58,702 bases of DNA. Origin: Klebsormidium nitens. Its lineage: Eukaryota > Plantae > Klebsormidiophyceae. Positions 23,242-34,343 of this stretch are shown piece by piece. The notes under the pieces are model-generated. The model did no database searches and was not told where the DNA came from. It saw only the letters and a list, made by a program, of their open reading frames with translations. The stretch covers positions 1-58,702 of the forward strand of contig DF237499.1 of the NCBI GenBank assembly GCA_000708835.1. The letters are read 5' to 3'. The position numbers and the translations under genes were made by a program. The first letter of the stretch is position 1, and each line of letters opens with the position of its first letter.

Positions 23242-25249
23242 CTACTCCGGCCGTCTCTTGATCAAAATAGAGCCGCATGTTAAGCCGCCGTCAGCTTTAT
23301 GAGCCTCCGACATGTCTATCGGGTATACCGGAACAGACAGACCTTCATATGGATTGTGGGACGTCCGAAAATAGGCACGGGGGTAGAGAAGAGACCCGTT
23401 CACGAGCAAGGCATTCGCAGCTCCTGTCTCACGTATTCGAAGGGCGTGAAGTTCGGGTTGGCCCAGGAGCTTTTTGATCCTCTTGAAGATATCGAGTACT
23501 TCTGGGGAGTCCTCGACGGCCAGAGTGTTGGGCCCCACCCACGAAAGGCCTGCAATGTCAAGTGGGGGTTTATGGGCTTTTAGTACCGCCGAAGAAGACC
23601 CCTGTTATAATCAAAATTATAAGAGGTTTGCGGGACATGACTTGAACGGCAGGAGGCAAGGGAAAACGAAAAGGTTCACACTAAGGAAGAAACGTATGAA
23701 TGCTGATCAAGACTTTCGGGGCGTTGAGGACGAGCAAGGCGACGTTGGAAACATGAGCGAAGCGCAGCAAATTGTCTTAAAGGCAAAGAATTTCAGGAGG
23801 TCCACGAACCTGATTTCAGATGCAGACCAGAGGGCACAGGCAGTAGCACAACAGGGGTGTCAGGGAAAGCCTTGCGCAGAGCGTCGACTCCTGCCTCGTT
23901 CGTGCGACTGCGCAAGTGAGCTAGAAGAATCAGTTTTAGCCGAAACACGGTTCAATTCTTCGCTCGAAGAGCATGCTTTGCTGTAGCCAACCTTCAGCAT
24001 ACTGTTTCAGGCGGCTCCGCTCAGATTTGGCTAGAAATGACGAACAGAAACGAAGAGATAGCAGACGTATTTACCAAGACAACATTGCAGTGCGACAGGA
24101 GTGGAGGTTTGTCAAATCACTTTCAAAGACTTTGAGCAAGCTTGATGCAGTGTTCATGTCGAAGGCAGATCGAAGATACATGCTATCGGACGTCAGACCA
24201 ATCCTACAGACAGCAGTAAGCCACTCGCCTGCTGAGTCCGACAAAGATGTGGGTACGCGTTTGCAGCACGTCCCCGCCATCGATAGTCGCATCGGGTTCA
24301 GTGTCAGTGGTCTGGACCCCCAGCTCCTGGAGCTTCTCCCTGACTGCGGTCACCTCGCCCTGGCGGGCGATGTTTCCCTGGCGAGTAAAAGATAGGTGGT
24401 CTCTCAAGGAAACCACTTACAGCTGCACGGCATGTCAACCTCAAGGTACATTGATGAAAAGCTGACTATCGTCCAGTGGAGACGCTTGCTGCGGCTTCAT
24501 AACGAGTGGAGTTAACCTGCTTAGACAGAGTTCTCAGGGGGGCTTTGCTGGCTTTTCGCTTTGATTCCGCCCAAACATTTCGTCCCAGACTTTTGTCCTA
24601 CTTATTGGGCTTGGTGTTTGAAGGTGAACCTGCAGCAAGAACCTTCTGTGCCACAATAAGACTGCGAGTCCTTGAAGAAGAGAGCATATCTCAACTAGTC
24701 TTGCTTGAAAACTGATTGGTGAATCCGGTTCAAACGCAGGAAAGCTGGGTCCCGCCTACATGGCGTTTTTTAGCAGTACCCCTCACCGGTCTTGTGATCA
24801 GGGCGCTATTACCCCGAACCACGGCAGTGTCTTCAATGAAACAGCAATCTGGGTATCGGTTGTCTGGGGCTATCTCAACAACTCGAGGAACAAGTCCTGC
24901 CAAGGAAGACGGACTTTTTTTCTTTTTTCACATGTCAGCGGGGAGCACAGGGAGATGCAAGAAGGGAATTGTGGTGGAAATGAGAGGACAATTGCAGCTT
25001 TTTGAGGCCAAGGAATGCCCTGATGTGGGGCGCATCTCTTATTTCATAAGAATGTTCTGCTATTGCAATTGTTAAGATTATCACAAGAAGGGGGAAAGAG
25101 ATCTCACTCTTAAGCTGCTCAACATATGCGGCATGTTGCTGTTTGGCCTTTGCAACATCGATCGCCTCTGGCTTTTCATGGAGCGTCAGCGCCTCTGAAA
25201 AGGAGTCGGGAACCCCTCTAACTAGAGCGATTGCATCAGGGACATCCAT
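23242..25249 (-). CDS. DDAH: N(G),N(G)-dimethylarginine dimethylaminohydrolase (amidinotransferase superfamily), about 268 aa
   Basis: Exons 25249-25108, 24896-24787, 24377-24229, 23907-23810 and 23549-23242 sum to 807 nt in frame; intron 3 has a GC donor. Motifs: ALVRGVPDSF, QQHAAYVEQL, YPDCCFIEDTAVV, ALITRPG, RQGEV, ATIDGGDVL, FVGLSSRTN, LHLKS (catalytic His) and ADGGLTCGSIL (catalytic Cys). Confidence 0.9.
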
Positions 25250-25789
25250 TTGAGAATGTGTTGAGAACGTTCTCCTTGTCTGGTCACTTGCGTCCCACAA
25301 AGTGAGGGAGAGTAGCGAGCTGTGGTAGCTAGCTTGAGTATGCCCCTTGCGTAGACCGCACCTTGTTTGCACAACATTGCGCAGGCCCAGGAGGGCCCAG
25401 CGATTAAGGGGTGACATCAGTCAAGCAGTTTCTACCATCACCTCACCATGTTTCGCCTGCCGTGCTGAGAAGCAGGTTTCTCATTGCAAAGAACAGGTTC
25501 AGCAATTGAACGAGCTTGGCTTAAACCTCTCGCTGAGCTGCCTTCTCCTCACGCTCTGCACAGACGGGTCCCTTATGTATACCCACATTCTCCCCCTCCC
25601 CAAATGCTCCCTTTCCCCCTTGTCCAGAGCGCCTGGAAAGCTGATATGAGCGACTGTAAAACCCTAATCGGTAAAACCCAATCTGCACAGTATGCCTCAA
25701 CGTGCAAACTGAGCTTCTCAACTTTGAAACCAGATGATGGAGCTGGCGCGCTTCACTTCAATCAAAGACACTACTTAATAGTATTGGTG
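25250..25789. promoter_or_regulatory. Putative bidirectional promoter between DDAH and the NCBP3-like gene
   Basis: The divergent ATGs are 540 bp apart. This is inferred from the gene arrangement only. Confidence 0.5.
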
Positions 25790-28700
25790 ATGGCGGCTGC
25801 ACCGGATCTCTCCGTGGAGGAACTGAACGGCGATGCGGAGGTGGCGAACCCTGAGAAAAAGCTTCCGGAACCGATATTGTTTGGTGCTCAAGAAAGTCTT
25901 GAGAAGTCAGCGGTGCAATTGGAGCAAGAAAAGCACCAAGCAAGGTACAAGAGCTCTGACCAATGTCTTTGAGCCGCTTCGATGAATGATGAGAGGAAAT
26001 AATGATGTTTTTGGAGATGGCTTGAAATAAGGCAAGGAAAGCTTTTAGGACAGCATCAGGATTTCATGCTGAGTTTGGAATGCATCGCTTCTGTATGGTC
26101 GTATATCTTGGTGGTGGAGAGATTGACGCACTAAGGATATGTGATAATTCAATGCAGTCCATAAGAAGATGTACTCGGCTTTATTGAAACTACCACCAGT
26201 GCATCGCTCAGAACATCAACTGCCATTGTTTCTGGGAGAGAGCGATCAATGCAAGGCCTGCCATTGACATCAACCGACATGTGCAGGGCCCGCAAATTCG
26301 GAGTTGAGTATGTCGAGCCCAGGAAAGATCTCCTCCTTTCTCGAGCCGAGCTACGAACCCAGATCGCCAGGGAGCGCGCTGGAGATCGCAAAGGTTTTGC
26401 CGTGGGTATTGACCTCTTCTCAGAGGTATGCTCCATGTCTGGTTCCTTGATCTGGACTGTCTGCTTTTTGGTCACTGCTGGTGGTGCTTTCTTGGTGCTT
26501 ACCAGGATAAGAAGATTTAGTCCTCGACCACAAACTTTGTACGCCTACTTCGCATGTCAGGCGGGGGTTTTGTTGGCGGCTGGCATCCTTTGTTGTATGT
26601 TAGCGTTGGGGCTATGTGCAGGTCGCCGTTCTACTTCCATCAGTAGGCTGATGCAGTTGCGCCCATCATCCACGATTTTGTTGAGCGCAGACTTCAGGCT
26701 TGATAACCAAGGAGTCTGAGACTTCAGGCCCAAAACACTAGAAAAACACAGAAATATTTTCTATCATTGGCAGGAGGAGAAGGCCAAGAAGGAGCGCCGT
26801 GCGCAGCGGTATGGCCTGGCGACTGCCGCCAAGGACGAGACGGATGAGGAGCGGAAGCGGCGGCTACGGGCGGAGAGGTTTGGTGCGGTGGAGCCAGAAC
26901 CTGCAGTTGAGGGCGCAACCATGGACGTAGGTGAGGCCGGGCTGCGAGTTGAAAGGCAGTGGAAGCCTGGAAAGATCTGTTCCTGGCAAGATGCACTTTA
27001 TAGTCGTAAACCTGACCGGACTAGCGGTTTTACCCAAGTGCGACGCCTCTTCTCCCCACGACCAAAGCAGCTGTTTGGTGGGGCTGTCTGAGAAGCATCA
27101 AAGATGAGGTTATAACGGGCAGAACTGAGTTTAAGGATGCAACCGACATTCAGAAAGCTGATTGTTTCAGCCGTTGTTGACAGGCTCCCACTGAGATCTT
27201 CTTGGAGTAACATCAGCATCTTTAGTAGGAGGGCATCAAAGTATCGATCGAAGGTTGTTTGAAAGTCATCGCGGCTTCGTCAAGAAGCCTTCTCATCATA
27301 TGTTGCCCCTGTATCCCGCAGATGCATTGGAGGTCCGACGGGATGCGCCTGACACCGCCTCCCTTCGGCTAGACACGATCTATGTGTACGGCACCGATAC
27401 ACTGTCCACTAAGGACGTGTTGCGCTACTTCACGGGGTATGGACCCAGCTTTGTGGAGTGGATCAACGACTCCTCATGTAAGCCCGGTCAATAATGGCCT
27501 TCGAAGAGGATACCTCCGAAAGCGACATGCCTCATCGAAGCTGTCAATACTTGTCGTACTTTCGATGATACTTGTAGATTTCGAGTACTGAACCTCCTCT
27601 TTGTTTCGGTAGCCAGGCGACCAGATTGTTGACTTCGTTGCACCTTAAAAAACCAGACTGCCTGTCATTCATGGTCTGATCAATGTCAAAACAGGTCTTC
27701 TTAAGTTGACCGTCTATAATCGGGCTCACAACCATAGAATTTCACAAATTTGCTCAGACCTTGCTTCCGCTCCGCACGCCACTATCAGCTCGAACACCTA
27801 CTTGATCTCTGAGCTTACTTTGTTCGGCAAGGCAACTGTTGTTTATCGTGAGAAAAGATTACGATTGGCAACCACCCTCGCTGAGTGGCACTGGTTTGAT
27901 ACCTTGCTCGACGGAGACAGCTGATTAGCACCCATTGGCACTTCTCGCAGGTAACATCGTTTTTGAGGACGAGTTTGCCGCCAAGCGCGCCCTCTTAACA
28001 ATCGGAACCCAGGAGCCGGGTTCTGCTAACGAGGCGCTCCCTGCCCCCTGGTATGCTGGGAAGCCATTCGAAAGGGATGACCTCAGGCTGCCACTGAGCC
28101 TCAGGATTGCGTGCACTGCTGACGTCAAGCCGGAAGAGGGGGTCGTCTCTCGCCATCTGTGGATACGAGATGGCGGCAGAGGGCAGGGGCGAGGCAGGGG
28201 CGGGGGGCGGGGACGAGGGGCCAGCAGGAGAGAGCGGGGAGACTGGCAACATGAGCAGCAAAGCGAAGAAGGTGAGGGCTGTGCCTTAAATCGTGGTGCA
28301 ATCTCTAAACTGCTCTGCAAGCTGGCTGTGCCTTAATCCGTGATGTGGCAATTTCTAAACTGCTTTGCAAGCTTAAGTCGACGACTGTACAGCGAGCGGA
28401 AAGTAAGGTCCGCCGCACAGCCTTCCTGACGATTATGTAGCTAGTTGCTGCAGACGCAGAAAGCACTGGGTCGTCCTCAGAATGTAGGGCTGGCTGGTCG
28501 GCATCTCGATTTGTATATCAGGGGCTTGCTTTTGTATCATTTCCACCAATGTTTTGGTATGGAGGTCCAAGGACGCCGAGAATGTAGGCAGTATTTGTGG
28601 ACGGCCGGGACTGTCGAGAGTTTGATCGATTGAGTGCAGCTAGATAGCCACAACCTCGTCAATATAAAACTCAACGAGGTCAAGAAACGATTTTGGAGAG

Positions 28701-29109
28701 CCACTGCGAGGCTGCTGAATGCATTTGAAGACCTCCCGAGCATGCACATTGAATAATGGTGTTTTGTAAATGATCGTGGATAGACTTTCTGCTTTAAGCC
28801 GATTTTTGAAAGAACGTGCCAAATGTGACCTGCTCATTTCTGTCTGCAGTTTGGGGTCAGGAGCCCGTCGCTGTTCAAGAGGTCCCAGAGCGGCCTTTGG
28901 GTCCTAGAAAGCGGCTCCGCAACGATGTGGAGCCGCAACCAGGCTCGAAAGAACCTAGACAGAATGGTAAGTCAAGAAACCGAAAACGGGGTAAGGTAAG
29001 TAATACCCTTGCGGCGGCGGGGCAAGGATCGGTCGAAAAGGATGCGGAGCCTGAAAGGATAGCTAACCCCAGGTTCGATAGGAGAAAAGACGACGAAGAT
29101 GATGATTAG
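25790..29109 (+). CDS. NCBP3: Nuclear cap-binding protein subunit 3-like RRM protein with an RG/RGG-rich tail, about 395 aa
   Basis: Exons 25790-25944, 26287-26425, 26774-26930, 27322-27477, 27951-28271 and 28850-29109 are in frame. RARKFG/RAQRYG/RAERFG repeats precede the non-canonical RRM IYVYGTDTLSTKDVLRYFTGYGPSFVEWINDSSCNIVFEDEFAAKRAL, followed by GGRGQGRGRGGGRGRG. The 3' end is uncertain because strong GTAAGT donors lie inside the last exon. Confidence 0.8.
28278..28374. repeat. Imperfect ~47-bp tandem duplication in NCBP3 intron 5
   Basis: GCTGTGCCTTAA...CAAT(C/T)TCTAAACTGCT(C/T)TGCAAGCT occurs twice. Confidence 0.75.
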
Positions 29110-29946
29110 GCGAGCATCGCAAAGTCTGCCTGCTTGACTCAAATGTCCATGCCGCGTGCACAAAGGAAATGACGTAATGGCATCCGTACGAGCATGTCGT
29201 ACGCTGCAAAAATGGTGCAAAGCGTGTCCTGCCAGGCTGACAATACCTACCTCTGCTTCATGACCGTGCTTTCCCTTCACACGTTAAATCGAAGTGTGCC
29301 AGCGACCCGAGTGAACGGCCGCATGCATGCCCGCGTGGCCGCCCAATTAGCGCGCCTCTAGGCTAGTCTCTGCAATGGTGATCATGACAGTCAACTTCAA
29401 AGCGCCGCCATGGTGCTGGCGGGTGCACTGCATTGCCAGCCGGGCCTGGCCATGCACGAGCAGGTTAATAAAGGTCACCAAATTGAGCTGGCGTCGCACG
29501 CCGCATTTTATAGCTGTGCATATAAGCATCCATGCTTGCCAGTAGTGGGCAGCCGCCGGCTGCACTGGTCTATAGTACATATCATTAAAGCTGGCAAGTC
29601 GATCGAGACGGTCCGGCCACCAGACACGGAGTGCGCTTGATCTCATGCTCCACCTATCGGCAATCACGGGCGCAATGGCGCGCAGCCAAAGCGTAGCATG
29701 AACTTATGGTTGAATAAGGTAAGCTAAACGCATACCCCGGCATCCGATAGATCATGGTGGAATCAGCGGGTAGCCGAAGACAGCTAGAGACCATTGTGTG
29801 AAGCTTGCGAGCAGGGCCAAATGAGTAGCTTCGGCGAACATTGCCCTTGATTGCCACTTAACTCTTGTGCATCGAATTTTGCCAGCTTGGCATTTCACTG
29901 CACGATCCTGATCTCGATTGGCGCCGTGCACGCTAGAGATTCTCAT

Positions 29947-32900
29947 CTAAGTTTTGCTCAGGACATTTAGATCGTTGTAGTTTGGCATCTCATCTTCACT
30001 CGTGCTTTTTCTCGAAGCGGGCGACGCTTCACCCCTTCGAATGATGAAGATACCGATATCGTCGCTCCGCCACTGCAGAAGAGAAAAAGTATGTCACGCT
30101 TTCGGTTGCCTATACATAGGGAAACGTTCTCTCATACATACCTGATCCCATGACGAGGGGCCCGATGGCCAGAAGCGGAGCCCGGGACCATGCTCGAGCG
30201 CAACTTGGGCCTACGAGATTACACGTCGACCGACAACTCGAGAGCTCACCTGCGGTGGTCGGAAGCAACGCAAACGATTCATTTGTCGACGCGGGTAGGA
30301 AACACAGAACTTGTAGGCCTTCTCGCAGGAACCAGAGAGTACCCAGGCAGTAATCTGAACCGGTGATTGTTAGAACGCCAACCCTACCATAACAGCACGT
30401 ATTCCTGATCTGCCTCAATATCCTCAGCACATGACAGTGGCTCAACACAGCCAACTAGCATGAGGCGGCCAGGAAACCCACCTCTGGATGCAGCTTGTCG
30501 TAGTCTACCTTGACGGACACGAGCCCGTGCTCCCGCATAATTTGGAAGGCCTCCGTGGTGCCGAACCTCAGCTCATAACCGATGATGATCTGCATAAGCA
30601 GAAGGCGTGTTACCAGCCCCGATGCGGCTGTTGCATCCGGCAGGTTTTGCGCTTCATTGGGACGCACGGCATAACCAGCGGCGAAGCAGGCCGCGTACGA
30701 ACGGAAGGCACTTGCAAACCGGACGTGCTGTTGAAAGAAGGTGATAAGCAGGCAAGTGCTTTGGACGTAGGAGGAAAGAACGTTGCTTGCCTGGGTGTTT
30801 GGGCCACTTAGGTCCAGCAAGGTTTTACAGAGGGCAGGGACGAGGGACCTGCGGGCTACAGACACACTAAAACTCAGAAGAGATCTCAGGGTTCCTTTCC
30901 TCCTCCCATCGTGATTGTGATGAAGCGGATGCACGAGCGAAGTTTTGCGTGTACGCTCGACAAGTGACGCACTCCAAAATGGAACCTCATGAAGTTGCTA
31001 CCAACTTCTGGCCCTTGCTTTCTCACCACCCGTCCTACATCGACGACCAAGGCAAGACGCAGCATTCCGCCCGGAAGTCAAGCGAACGGCTAGCGGGTTG
31101 ACAGGGCGAAAACTTTGCAATTTAGGGCGGAACATATTGGATGCACTTACATGTCATACAGGATGTCCGACCCCACCACGTAGTCGACCGGCGGAAACAG
31201 GTGGCTCGCATCGGACCCCCACTCGAGCACGTCGGCTCGACACCGCTCCTCCAGCTGGTTGGCCTGCAAGAGAAAGTAGCGTTCTAGAAGCCCATCAAGC
31301 GGCCATGTCAACGTTGCAGATTACCTGCCCAGAACGTTCAGCGAGAAGGACATTTGCGATCCTGAGTCGTTTCAAATCCAGCAGCCTCATATAGTTGCAC
31401 CCGTATTGCAGGGGAAGTCACGGAATGGCTGTTCGACTTCATGCAACTTTGAGAGACAAAGACGCAATGAACCTTTAATCGGACCCCCTCTCGAGAACGA
31501 AGTCCAGTAAGAGCTGTGCCTCATTTTGAGCAGCTGCGCCCCCAACAAGATTCTCAAGGGGTCCAAGTTGGCTGGTCGTCGGGTCACCTGTATGTTGGTC
31601 CGCAGGCCTGGCATAAGTGCCTCGCGATCGGTGAGGACCACGTCGGCACCTAAGGAGGCCAGAGCCAGACCCACCTGCAGGAAAAGCACCGGGCTGCGAT
31701 CGGACTCCAAACAAAGCCAACTTTGTTGAAGAGTGAATAACCTTGGGCGCAATCGACTCACCAGACAGGACTGGCGGCACTTGTCGAAAGATAGTGGGCT
31801 AGCAACTATGAATAAAAGTATGCTGTCCAAACGCTCTGCACGACCAGGAAATCGGAGCGTTCTGAACCCTTAGTATCTACTTTGTAGATCGAACTAAAGG
31901 ACAAGCGGGGAACCGGGGGGCTTCGGGGCAATCCTTTTGAAGTCGTGTTATATATCAGCGGTCAGGGTGTTGTACAGAACGAACGTTTATAGAAACTCCG
32001 GTGGTCAAATCGGGCACGCTGTTGTCAATTCTGAAAACGCTAAAGGTCGAAGCAAATCCAATATCTATAACGTCAAGCGGAAATCCTGCTATCAGCCAAT
32101 GAGTACACTAGTTTCGAAGGCTTCAAGAATTTGCATCTTGTCAACCCACTGCGGAACGGAAAAGTGTCCACTCTTTCGCACTGCTGGCGCTACGCTGATG
32201 ACAATCTTACCAGGCCAGTACCCGCGCCTGCACAGAGAAGGAGCAAGGTGTCACCTGATTTATAACAGTATTTACAGCTTTGCAAAACATTTGTTGCCTG
32301 TACAAGGCTGGGAAACTCATGTATGAGCAAGATTAAGAGACTATCAAAGCAACGACCCGCCAGGAAACCTGCATTTGAGTTCCACTTCTCTATCCAGCGG
32401 AGGACAGCGCGTTGGGTCAGCACCAATATGCACCTCAAGAAACGTATACATGCGATTGGGCGAACCTAACGCCCTTTTGCCTTGTCAGTATTCTCACCAA
32501 CTTCGATCACCCGCTTGCCCTTGAAAGAACCTGCAAAAAACAGGAGGTCCACACATGTGAGTATTCAGCCAGTGCCTCTGCTGACAGATCATTCATTGCT
32601 AAAGACACCAGAACTTTTTGCATCTTCGCCCTCAAAGGTACTCATCAATTCTTACGATCCTCTTGGGATCATTCACGGAAAGCAGGAAGGGTGGTGCGGA
32701 TGGAGACTAAGCAAGTTCAAAGAGACTGAAATCAGCTGATATCTGGAGGGAACAGAATCAACAATTGTAGTGGCCGCACTCACCAGGGGGCCATGACTGG
32801 GTTTCAAACCACTTTGCGACAGCGATAGCCTGCATGGGACATTAGGAAGCGGGAGGCCTGTAAGCAGGAGAACATACGCCAGACCGGCGCTGCAAACAAG

Positions 32901-33305
32901 GCCTGTATCAATCATGCATTCAAAATCCCACACCGCATTGCTTGTCTCCATTTCGCTCTAAAGTTGGCTTGCCCATTCATTAGATTTTTAGGATTGATGG
33001 GCGCAGCCTCACGGCATTGCGCTGATTCCTGTCGCCCTGCTCTCCGACGTCCCTTTACAGCATTCTATGCAGAACAGTGCTGGAAGAACAGGAGTGCTCA
33101 CACAGTCCCACACCCAGGCCCCTGTCAGCGCCCGCCCTGTCTGCGGGTCCATCAAGGAGCTGTGCTCATAGATACGAAGCTCCCGCCCCCGGACGCTGAT
33201 ATCCCTAAACCGGCGTGCCGTATCAGGTGGCTCTGAAGTGGTGGTGCCGCCAGCTGAATCGATGGCAGGTTGCTTTACGGAGTCATCTGCTTCCGGGGAG
33301 GCCAT
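29947..33305 (-). CDS. Family-16 (METTL21-like) SAM-dependent protein lysine methyltransferase, about 263 aa, 9 exons
   Basis: Exons 33305-33102, 32829-32784, 32530-32498, 32227-32211, 31674-31588, 31263-31151, 30848-30791, 30589-30482 and 30072-29947 sum to 792 nt in frame. Motifs: TGAWVWDCA, motif I GKRVIEVGAGTGLVG, post-I VVLTD, LEWG, the family-16 signature VVGSDILYD, and IIIGYELR. Confidence 0.9.
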
Positions 33306-34343
33306 GTTGCAATGCTCAGGTTTATTATGGCAGCGCACAGCCTTTGAAGCTGATTGGGAGTGGTATGATGCCTGAAACTCTGCCTGGAAAAGGCCTGCGA
33401 GCTACTGAGCTGGGGGTGGAAGACCGTGTCACACTTGACTTGCCAATTGACCCTCCTTGCAGCAGCCGTGAAAGATGCAGAAACTTGAAATGCTGACTTC
33501 AATGCATGCAGCTGAACGGCCAGCTGCAGGCACCCAAACTACCGGTACTGGAAGAAAATTGGGGTTTTGAGGGATGAGCCTGGCCTTATGGGTCTTGAAT
33601 GTTGGAGTTCAGTGCTGCCACTGATCAGCGCTGCTATATTCTTGACGTTCAGAAGCAATCATAACGATTCGGTTTGAACATGTGAGCATATCATATGTCA
33701 CGTACACTCTATGGCGCTAGGTGAGCGCCGCACCAACCACCGCAACGGCGCATGCTGAACTATACTGAACACCCGATATCTGTCATGGTGCATGAGGTAC
33801 AACTACGTTACCCACTGGCCTCACCAGTTCTTTTGTTTGCCTCGGGCGATCGATCAAGTATCTTTGGCGCGGCCAGGCCGCGAGCTGCCCACAGTACCGG
33901 CCTAAGGCACACTTGCAGCTCTCAACGCGCCGTGACGATGAAGGTGCAAATGCACGACACAAGACGTGTAGGCATCCTCCAATTCGTATGAAAGGAACTG
34001 TCACAAATGTTTATGACATGTGATCGAAGCAATGGTGATCCAGACCGTCTGGACAGGTCAAGCATCCTCTTGCATCTTTTCTACAATGATGGCGCCCTGC
34101 TGCCGGGAACAAAATGCAACTTCTCAATTTCAACATCAGAGCGTCACAGAACGCGCCAAGGAAGTCGAGCATTCGAGCTCGATGACAACATGGCCGCGCA
34201 GGACAATGTTGCAAGTCAAAGTGAATCGGTCCGCACGAAATCACAAGCGAATTGAGTCGGACCCGCACACACAAGAAAGTGCATTCGCGCCCTCTGCCAG
34301 AGGTATCTGTCAGGATGCCAGGAAGTGGGCCGTTCCACATTTC

